In this document: positions 54,029 through 64,000 of the stretch, piece by piece
How the letters are laid out: the number at the start of each line of letters is the position of its first letter
Position numbering within the stretch: the stretch's first letter is position 1
Assembly (NCBI GenBank): GCA_013239625.1
Contig: MU053559.1
Coordinates: forward strand, 3,660,607 to 3,724,606
Source of the DNA: Lama guanicoe
Lineage: Eukaryota
DNA: 64,000 bases
Reading direction: 5' to 3'
Program-made: the position numbers and the translations under genes
The notes under the pieces: model-generated
The model's input: the letters and a program-made list of their open reading frames with translations, nothing else
What the model was told of the DNA's origin: nothing
Databases searched by the model: none

Positions 54029-54034
54029 TTTATT
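54029..54034 (-). terminator. Probable MAOA distal polyadenylation signal
   Basis: tttatt on the + strand reads AATAAA on the - strand, about 2.6 kb past the stop; part of palindrome tttattaataaa. Confidence 0.6.
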
Positions 54035-54948
54035 AATAAACAAAACAGTACCACACAGGCAAAATCGTACTTCAGTGGCAACACATATGCACACATGTAG
54101 CATGGGGGCACGTTTCAGACAGAACATTAGGCACCAAGTTCATAAACTAAACATAGTTCACGATCCTTCAATATTTTTTTTCTCCAGGCAAGTATAAGTC
54201 CTTATTTAACAGTGGTGACAAAGAGGTTAGCTTTTTAAATCTCATTTTCAACCTTGCTATGGACCAAGGGCACTTCGGCCTTCAAAACTGTGAAGCAGAT
54301 GTCCTTGTAGGGCCAGGCTCTATCAGCAGCATAAACTAACTCATGTTTTTCTGGGTGGAAGGGAAGACCTAGGGCATCTTGGTGTTGGACCACCTCATGT
54401 AGAGTTCTCAGCTCCAAGTTCATGTCTAGGCACATTTGGGCTAGTATTCATTTTGGATACTCAATCTGTAGCTTAATAGACTGTTAAAATTGTTGCCAAG
54501 TAAGTTTAAGTCAGCATTTCACAAAAGGTGTGTCAGGACTGAGTTAATCAGTAAGCAAACTGAAACAGATCAGGGATGTGATTTCTCAAAGCAGTTTGGT
54601 ATAAAATACAGCAACTTCTTACGTACCGGAGCATGTCCAAGATAACATCCAAATGCCTAAGTCAGCTAGAATGCTTTTCAACTGCAAGGTGAAGAGTGGC
54701 AGAAAGATCCCGCTCTTTGCTCTTAGGACTTCATTTTAGATTTAAGATAAGGTTAAGGTTAATTATGTAATAAACTGGGGTTGGTTCCTCTGGCAATCTT
54801 TAATTCCCATTGAATAAAAAAAATAGCAGATTAAGTTGTTAATGGGAGATAATGGAGATAACAAGGCTATGAAATAAAATACTGAACATGGGAGAAGGAA
54901 ACACCAGCTATAAAACAATCGTGTGACATTCAGTCCAGGAGCAAAGAC

Positions 54949-55007
54949 AATGGTATCACTGTTATAAATGGTATCACTATACTATAAATGGTATGCTCTA
55001 TTATAAA
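54949..55007. repeat. Three imperfect ~18-20 bp tandem copies (aatggtatcact..tata) in the MAOA 3' UTR
   Basis: aatggtatcactgttata / aatggtatcactatactata / aatggtatgctctattata. Confidence 0.85.
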
Positions 55008-56640
55008 AGTATAAGATAATCTAGGTGCATAATGATTGACTTGATTAATAAAAAAGTGAATTTGAATCTAGCTTCTTATGTAATACCATGTGGAAATAGG
55101 CTCATCAACATTTTTATTTATCTAAAAATTGGGGCACATAAAATAATAAGCTTCAGCTATCTGGAAGCCGCATTTAAAATGAAATGCCTCATTCATCCAT
55201 GTTGTGGGATAAGGTATTACTGGGTATCTACCACCTGGGTAACCGAGGCCATGGAATCTTCTCAACTGCTTTATTTGATCACATTTGTGTTGATTTTTCC
55301 CAGATTAACTATATGAAAAAAAAAAACAAGTACTTCATGGCTGAAACCTCTGAAAGGGGCTTTAAAAAATCTGACAGTTTTTAAAATGGGAAAGACAAGA
55401 GGTGAGCACTGTTCTGAGCCCACATTTCTCCTAAGACAGAGAACTTAGTCTTCACATATAAGATCACTCAATTTCATGTCTTTTATAAAATAACTAAAGC
55501 AAGTGAGGTTATAATAAGAGGCCTAATTTCCTTTCTGTATTTGATAGTCGTAAGAAAGAACAATTAGAAATTTGTCATGTGTATTTCAGCACTTATTTGA
55601 GAGAAACTGGCATAACGATATTCACTCTAAGGTAACCACATTGAAGACATATTTAAGTTAACAAATCTGCTTTACAATGGCCATAGGGAAAGAGAAAAAA
55701 ATATATGCCACTTGGGGCCTTCAGCCAGACTCTACTTGAAAAAAGGAAAATACCACTTTCCAGAAACTGGCAGAGAATGTTATCATCAACAATGAATGAA
55801 GTGATGTCTAGCCGCCTTCTAGGAGAATGAGAAGAAGCCGACTGCCTTTGGTCTCATGTGGAGCTAATCAGGGAGGCCTCCTGGGGGACAGTCTTGCCAC
55901 TATTTTACTCTGCTCACCTGAGGAGCTACACAAAAGTCACAGCGAGTCAATTTAAACATTGGACCTTGGTAAACGCTGTCCTCTTTAAGAAGAAAAAGAG
56001 GAAAAAGACAAAGAAACTAGCATGAAGACTAGATGTCTGGAAACGTCACAGGAATTAGAAGTGGTCAGGAGAGGCCTGACACAGCAGCCCACAAGATATG
56101 GTCCCCTCACTGGTCTGACGGCCTGAATCCTACGTCTAATCCTTTCCTTTGCTATTTGCTCATCCTAAGTGGGAGCTGCTCATCCCAGGAAACTGTGAGC
56201 CCCCGAGCTCTGGGCCTACACTTCACCCTTTGCTAAGGACTTAAAGGGCCAGTCACACAGGCTGGGCCTCAACCAACTCAACCTCCACAGAGAGAAAGTT
56301 AAATGCTGCATTTCTGCGATTGTCTGGTGTTTTGTGTTAAAGGGGAGAAAAACAGGACACAGAAACTGTTTCTTATGAGCACGTCAACTTTAACTTTTTG
56401 AAGTTAAGAAACTGATCACAAGGTTATTTTCTACCAATTAACACGAGGTGGTCTACAGACAAATCACTTGATGGAACTTGATCTTACTGAAATTAATGAA
56501 GTGATCCACTGATGGAGATTAAACTAAAGGGTTAAATCAGCGCACTTAAAGATGATCCGATGACACAGCCTTTACACTTGCCGAGGTTTTGCTTTTGATG
56601 GTGCTGGGAAAGAGTAAGTAGACAGCACGAAGCCGAAACT

Positions 56641-56787
56641 TCAGGATCGGCTCAGCTGCCTGAATCTGTACGCCAAAAAGCACAGAGCGGTTATAGATGT
56701 AGAAAACCCGATGATCTTCAGCAGGCCTGACACGGAAGGCAGGTTTCTCTCCCAGAAGGTGTGGGTGATTTCTATAGCTGGAACATC
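56641..56787 (-). CDS. MAOA: MAO-A exon 15, coding part ([48 protein letters not shown])
   Basis: ttcatccag acceptor; TGA at 56643-56641; 3' part of ORF 56641..56937. Confidence 0.97.
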   Translation of the reverse strand, partial: DVPAIEITHTFWERNLPSVSGLLKIIGFSTSITALCFLAYRFRQLSRS

Positions 56788-56972
56788 CTGGATGAAAGAA
56801 CAGAGCTCAGTAGCAGAAAACTCTTGCACAGACAAGGTGGGACAAAACATCTCTGTAAAATCAGGACATGGCTCTGCCCTGGAGGTGGCAACTACAATTA
56901 CATTAGAGGCTAGAAGATGAGAGATTTCTACATGCAATTACTGGTCTATGGAGAGGGAGCCACTGAACTTAC

Positions 56973-57035
56973 CGATGATTCTGGTTCTTTGACCCATATG
57001 TCTTGCTTTGACACCTTCCCCAGAGCATTCAAGAT
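56973..57035 (-). CDS. MAOA: MAO-A exon 14 (ILNALGKVSKQDIWVKEPESS)
   Basis: tctttcag acceptor, gtaagt donor; 63 nt. Confidence 0.96.
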
Positions 57036-57168
57036 CTGAAAGAAAGTGGCCATGGTATTATGAAGTGAGGTTCTGTAGTTTGAACAGATTCAAGGCTCTG
57101 CTGGCCACAGATAAGCCTCAGGAGTGGAGTGAGGGGCAGAGAAGTGGACATATAGATGATCAGTGTCA

Positions 57169-57354
<186 letters not shown>

Positions 57355-59300
57355 TCAAGGGAACAGAGAGGTCACACAGAGTTAACTAGGAAGGTGCTGA
57401 GGATAAATGAGCCAATCGCTGCTCTCACTTACCCCGCAAAAGAAACTCAAATTGTTTCCAAGACTCCCATGCCACTCAGCCAAAGGTGAAACGCTCCTCC
57501 CTGTTTCCTGGGCCTGCACCCAAGGATCTGAACTTTCAAGTCACAGAGTCAGGCTGCCAGATCATCAATCACTAAAGATGATGTTAACCTTTTTCTAGCC
57601 GGCCGGAAATAGACTCTAAGAACATGCATTAAATCCACACTTAGATTTATTTGCTGTGTGTTTCCTGTTTGCAGTCTGTTCTGCTACCCAAGGTCTTTCT
57701 TAGGGCCGAATTCTTCATGAGATCACATCTAACTGAAGACCCCAGCCATGCACGTACCCCCAGGGTGCTGGGAGGAACCGTGGTGGTGAATGGAAAGACA
57801 GGGAGAGTAACTGATTTCCAGCAAAGGAGAAATTTGAGAGATTGATCATCTGTCTCCTTAAAAAACAACCTCTGTACAGTTAGCTTCCATGGGTTTATCT
57901 GGAGACTGATGGAGGGTAGTGGAATGGGCCTTTCATATGAAGAGGTCTTGGTGGGGAGAACCATGGAAGGGCTGGGCTGAATGAGCAACTGTCCCCTCCT
58001 ACCCTGTCGGCTTTGACCCCTGCCACATCTGCAGCCACTTTCATGAAATCTCCTAAACTGCATACCTCCACCCCGAAGGCCTTCACCTCAACCCACTGTC
58101 ATGCCTTTTTCCAACTCAGGAATCTTTGACTTCATCTATTCCTGCTCCTAGTCCCATCTTCCAGACTTCTCCTTTGACTCCAGAACAACTCCATTTAATC
58201 AATACTGTTATCACTAACAAAGGCTATTCATTTTCAACTTGACATGTAACAGAAATAGCCAACACTAACTGCCCTTAGAAAAAGGAATTGTAAAAAGCAC
58301 CCAAGACCTAAATAGGTCTTCCCATGAATCATTTAATCATCAGATATTAATGACTTTCACTGAAATACTGCACAAGCCTAAAATGATTGATTCTTGCAGA
58401 AACCTAAAACTGATCTAAAAGCATTGCTAAATTAAGAAAAAACCAACAAAAAGCTCTTGTAAGAAAAAGGTTAACAAATCCTTCTTCCTTCTCTGTGGAC
58501 AAACATGGCCTTGAGTTAACTTTCTAGTTCTATTTCTCTAGAAACCTGATGAAGGTATAACATCATGTATCTTACCAGGCAACACTGCTTATGGTAAAAA
58601 TGGCTCCCTTCCACCCTCACATTGGTAAATTGTATATGGGCTGGGAAAACTGTCATGAATTGTAAATTTCTGGTAGGAGTCTATAACTTTGGGCTTTCTT
58701 GCATGTGGTGCCCCTTGTAACTTGGCATGTCCTTTGCAGGGACCCTGGACGCTACCTATGAGGCCGTTATAAGAGACAGTGGCTCCTATGAGGCATGGGG
58801 CTCTAGGCTTAGGTGAATTCTCCCACTGTGTGTGTATATCACCTCCTCACACCTGAGCCGTATACAGTGAGGATGCTTCTCCGTGAAGAGGAATGTCTGA
58901 TACTGCTCTGCTGGCAAGACACGTTTAGCCCATGTCCTTCTATGCAGAATGGTGCCCAAGAGCCTAGGATAGTTGTGAGACTAAATGTTCAGTTGACCCC
59001 AGGAGGCCCCCAGGAGGACACTGCAGCTTGCAGAATTCTCACATGTACTGTTGACATCTGAAGTCCTCACCAGTGTTCTGCAGTTGTTCTGTGTGATGTC
59101 AGCTCCTGTTTGTTCTATGTACAGACGGACTTATTTTCCTTTGGACATCCAGAAATCTACAAACTGACTACCTGGGACATTAGAAATAGGAATGCTGATT
59201 CTTCTTTCTAAAATTCCCATTGAGCTTTGCTTATCTACTTTCTTTCTTTGTTAAGTTCGGGGCACATCTTGCATCAGTCGGTAGAGGGTCTGGGTAGTAC

Positions 59301-59398
59301 CTTCCGTACTGAGTCATGATCCCCGGGGGGAAGTAGGCGGTGTAACAGCCTCCGGAGTACTGCTCCTCACACCAGTTCTTCTCTTCATAGTGCACCGG
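59301..59398 (-). CDS. MAOA: MAO-A exon 12 ([33 protein letters not shown]), covalent FAD site Cys406
   Basis: ctgcag acceptor, gtacta donor; 98 nt; SGGCYTAY motif. Confidence 0.98.
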
Positions 59399-60589
59399 CT
59401 GCAGTTCAGTGGGGAAGATATTTCAAAGGGAAGACAAAACTGAAATGCTGCCAGTCAACAATAAAGGCTCTATCATTTTTTAACAAAAAGTTTACTTAAA
59501 AAAAAAAGCAGCCCTCTTTTTCCAACTTAAGGGGAAACACGACAGTAGCAAGTAAATGGCTTTTTGCTGGGTACCAACTGACAAAATATGTCTACTTTGA
59601 TTTTCTCAACCTCTTGCCTAAGAGAGACACGAAGTATTCCAATATCTGGAAGACAGGGCATCTCCACACAGATTCTGAAGTCTTTCATTTTAAGACCCCA
59701 TCAACAATCAGGTTCTGGAAAGGTCTGCTCGAATCTCTGCATTCTCTAATAATAGACTTTACTTCTCCGTCTACCAAGGCATTACTGCTGGAAAAAAAAA
59801 GGGTGGAAGGGAGGAGGTAGGAGAAAAGCATAGTATCTAAGAAAGGCTTTTTTTCAGAACCATTTCTCTAACCTGAAAATGTGAATGATGGGAATAGTGC
59901 TAAAAAGGGGACACAAAGATAAAAAAAAATGTTTCCCAAGGGACATGAGAGACCCTTCTCCGATTTCCCTAACACTCTGCAAGTTTCTTCTTTGAACAGT
60001 TCAGAGAGAATTCCCTGAAAGAGCCCCCAGCTATCGGGTAAGGTCTTCGAAAAGAATTTCATTCTTATAATTGCTTTCACTGGTGGATTGAAAGCACTGA
60101 AATTCCTAAATGAACTGTGAATTGAGCCTGCAGACGGAAAAACAAATTAGTATGACTTTAATCTGGGCAGGGGGTTGAGATTCGGTCCATCTCATCAAGT
60201 ATAAACTACTGTGCCTTCGCCAACAAATGATGATGGAGCTGCGATTCTGCTTTGCAGCAGTCAGTTGACATTGACAAGAGGGCAGGCCCTCCATTCGGGG
60301 AGCTGATCTCACACACCCTGGAGATATCTGCAGCTCCAGGCTCTCGTTACAACTGGCTGCCCGTTACCCAGTGAACATTTAAGCAGCCCAAGGAACTGCT
60401 GCATCAGAAATTGCAAGCACTGACAGCGGCTTTTAATGGCCTTTTGTGACTGCTGAAGGTAATCCTCCAGTAAGCATATCCCTTTATGCTCTCTTCGTAA
60501 GACTGTCAGGAAACCAGAATCTGCTTTGCTTTACCACTTAGAGCAAACAGAGCAGAACCTGCTGGGGATTAAAGTCGGGGATTTCTTAC

Positions 60590-60647
60590 TTGTAATGCTT
60601 CTTGGGATCCTAGCACTTTGGCGTACAGTTCACAGATTTTCCTTTTC
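60590..60647 (-). CDS. MAOA: MAO-A exon 11 (KRKICELYAKVLGSQEALQ)
   Basis: ttttctatag acceptor, gtaaga donor; 58 nt. Confidence 0.96.
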
Positions 60648-63600
60648 CTATAGAAAAGAACAAAAACAGGTTAAAGAAGCAATAACTGATGAGTACAGAA
60701 TAAAGACAATGAGTTTCAGGGCTCTTGCCAATGAACCAGGTTTATTAAGGGAAAAATTAAAATCAATGGCCTTCTATAACTTCACAAAATAAACAGTCCC
60801 AGCAATCTTTGCACTTAAATTAACCCTCTTTTTCTCAATACAGTCATTTGATTTGAGGATTCAACAGAATTTTTCTTCTCTTTTACGTTTTTACCTCTTT
60901 CGCTACCCAAAACCGTATCAATTCAAGATTCAAATGGGGAGAATGAAATTAAATTAAATTCAGTCTTAGGAACTGATTCTAAGCCACTTTTCTAGAATTC
61001 TAAAATAACCCCTTTTATATAGTAAGTATGATGGTGTCTTTTACCTATCCTATACTTATGTCTTAAACATCTACAAACACATAAAGCTCATTTAATCCTT
61101 TAAACATAACATAAAATATGCTCTACCAGGAGAGGCCTATGGTCATTCCAGGCTAGTAATCTGTCCCTTGACAGGACGGCCTGTGGACACAGTACTCCAA
61201 AGGGTATCTGGAGGAGTGGGCATGATGTGCCCTGAGATGTTACCTCAAACAGTCTTTGGTTACCCTTATAATTCATTATGTAAATGACTAGCACAGAACG
61301 TGGCACATATTATATCTTAAAAATCAATAGCTTAATTGATCTAAGCACTTCTTGAAACAGATACATTTTACACTCACAACCACTCATGGTGAAACTAAAA
61401 AGTTCTAATTTACTAAAATCCCCCATTTTAGAAATGAATAGTTTTCTTTCAGGATTTGTTTGAACAGGTTCATCACACTGATCCAGTTATATACTTTAGG
61501 TATTTACCTTCTTTAGTCTTTATATAGTTTAAATATTGAAAGTGCTCCAAACTATTTGTTACAGGCTAACAAGCAATTGGAAAAAATGTGCTTAAAAATG
61601 TGGCAAAGCATTAAATTCAAATCTGTAAGATAAGCATGAAAAGCTAAAGAGAGAAATGGCCAAAAAAAAAAAAATTTTGGCAGGGAGGAGGGAAAGAAAG
61701 GAAGGTTATACTTCCTAGCAATAAACAGATTTTAAACGAATGACAATTTAATGTTGCCAATTATATTAGAAAATATTTTTAAAACATGTCTCCAATTTCT
61801 CTGAATAATGTGGGACAAAATATAACTATAAATTAATCCAAATGTTCACGCTTACAATATTTTTATACCTCGTAGAATTTCTATCTCATGGCTATATAGC
61901 GTGAAGTCAAGAGGAGCAGGAGGGATTATAAACGTTGCCTACTGACACCATTTTACCATGGAAGGTTTTAAGGTACAGAAAAGTGCCACTCCTGAGGTGA
62001 TGTCACACAGCATTAGGTGGCTATTTAAGTTCCAGTACAGACAGGCAAAGTTTGGTTTCCTTCAAGGAGCTGTTCATACTACAGATCAATAAAGATAAAG
62101 GAAAGGCAGAACTTGAAGTCTCAAGACTATTGTCCACCTGTCTGTCTCTCTGTGTCTAGTCCAAGCTCCTCATTCCAGACATGAGGAGGCTGAGACTCAG
62201 AGCACTGAAGAGACTGGTTCAACATCACTCAGCTAATTAATGGCACGGCTGAGGGCTTGTTCTCCTGAGCATCCTGCCTGTACTAAGTGCTCAACACAAT
62301 TGATTGAATCAAAATCCATCCTCAATCTAGTATGGTACCCTCTTTCCTACTCTATGATGAGTTAGATGACTGAGTCTCACCTACTTCACATGAGTGTTAC
62401 AAGAAATAATTCTGACATTTGGAGTCACTTAGAAAACAAAAGTATTGACATCATCTTCTGAAGAGCCTAATCATTATTAAATGTTTAACTTATTTTTGGT
62501 ACATGTAATAAAATCTTTATTAATATAGAGTGAAACTTAAAATCTTATCAACCTACAATGTAGTTCAGCCTTGGAAAAATATATTTTCCAAACACTCTTT
62601 TGATTTTGATGCAGTTGGTTCTGGGAACCATTGCTTCAGTCAATGACATTCAGAGTTCTAAGGGTTTTGACTTATAAAAATTTTTGAGTTCAGCCACTAT
62701 GTGGAATCATAACCCAAATGTCTACATCCATGCTGGTATTTATTTTGCTATTAATAAGGAGGGAAAGCAGGAAATCCAAAAGAAAATGTCAAGCTTAGGG
62801 TGGCATAATGAAAAAAAGGACCCATTAGATACTATTCTTGACTTTGTGACAAGCTGGTTGTGGAGCCTTGGACAAATCATTTCCCATCACTGGACCCCAA
62901 ATTCTTCCTCTGTTGAGGGAATGGGTGGACACTAAAATAGTTCCCTTCCTGACATCAAATTTCATGCTTGCTTGAATAAAGAAATCCGTCTGCAAATGTG
63001 GGAACTTCTGCGGCATTTCCCTGACTTGCAAAGTCATCAAAGTAACTTTCAAAGAAAGAGCTGCTAGTGGATTTGCTGCTTAATTTTTAAATTAAATGCA
63101 GACAGAAATATACATTTGTGTGTGTGTTGGCCCTTTTCAAAAGCTGACAAAAGATTTAGGGCCACCTGAAAGAAGGGAAGACCAGAAATCTCCAGAGGCA
63201 GTTCCCCAATAGCCTAATGAGTGTTTCCAGATAAGAGTTTATTTGAACCAAGGATTCCAAGGCAAAACAAATACAACAAGACAGAAAGAGAAAAGGGAGA
63301 AAGAAGAAAGCCATTGTCCTGAGATAATTGTTTTATACTAGGAAGCTCTTGGGAGAAGCGAACATCAGAGCTGTGTCCTAGACAATCAAGTTGGAACACT
63401 TATGTATAGATTTGCTTTTTAGAAAAAGTACATCAGAGAACCCTGGAAAAGGGATAATGGTCTCGCAAAGTGATTGGGACTTGGCCTCTAAAGCTTCTTC
63501 TCACAGCTAACGTTTTGTATGGTTTTTCTCCATCCATCTCACTGGGAAACCCTGCCTCTCAACTACTGTAAAATGAACACAAATACATAAAACTAAATTC

Positions 63601-63780
63601 CTATAAGCACATGAGCAAGCACTGAGTCAAGGGGGCATAGAAGAATACAAAAAAGATGATCTGTTGGAATTTTGAGGATATTAATTAATTACTGCGTTTT
63701 TCATAACGCTATTATACGGTTGTTAGGGCAACAAGTTCAGTACAAAGCTAACCCTTTACGTTTCAGATGTAAATTCTTAC

Positions 63781-63834
63781 CGTATTTCTTTATGGACTTT
63801 AGCAAGGCGGTCAGCTTTTCGAGCAAGTATGAAG
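63781..63834 (-). CDS. MAOA: Monoamine oxidase A exon 10 (FILARKADRLAKVHKEIR)
   Basis: Reverse complement has ctccag acceptor and gtaaga donor; 54 nt; matches MAO-A. Confidence 0.96.
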
Positions 63835-64000
63835 CTGGAGAGAGAGGTGACATTTGAATGATTAGGTGACAATGGTTAATCTGAAGAGTTGCCTCTTCTT
63901 TTTCAAGCATTCTTGCCTCCACCTACTCGGCATTAATAAACGCTCCCACACTCGCCCACTATTCCCCTCTAGCAGAGCAAATGCCATGCTGTCTTCAGCT

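Larger units (their letters stand above)
54010..56640 (-). other. MAOA: MAOA long 3' UTR (approximate end)
   Basis: Repeat-poor stretch from the stop codon to a minus-strand AATAAA at 54034-54029; other minus-strand hexamers occur at 55113, 55270 and 52700. Confidence 0.55.

Noticed and set aside
56788..56937. N-terminal extension of ORF 56641..56937
   Set aside because: It is MAOA intron 14 sequence upstream of the exon 15 acceptor, and is most simply an open frame by chance.

Overview
Mammalian genomic DNA containing the 3' portions of the tail-to-tail monoamine oxidase gene pair, which is X-linked in placental mammals. It is most likely from a camelid (alpaca, llama or camel), judged from many Vic-1-like tRNA-derived SINEs. 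MAOB lies on the + strand: exons 4-15 span 11922-35579, the likely poly(A) signal is at 36416, and 1-11921 is intron 3. MAOA lies on the - strand: exons 10-15 span 63834-56641, with a likely poly(A) signal at 54029-54034. All 18 exons have canonical AG/GT boundaries, consistent phases and no in-frame stops, so both genes look intact. The rest is intron or intergenic DNA rich in L1 3' fragments, SINEs, solo LTRs (ERV1, MER21, LTR16, MaLR), L2/MIR and DNA transposon relics. I see no new gene system. The most notable observations are: (1) exon 12 of MAOA and MAOB is about 94% identical at the nucleotide level versus about 80% for exon 13, suggesting exon-limited gene conversion; (2) MAOB has Val at gating residue 199; (3) an L1 carries a clear 3' transduction; (4) another L1 has a twin-priming inversion; (5) the MAOA poly(A) signal is palindromic; (6) a well-formed candidate cryptic exon lies downstream of MAOA. 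Repeat family names and comparisons with human or bovine sequences are from recall, not database searches.
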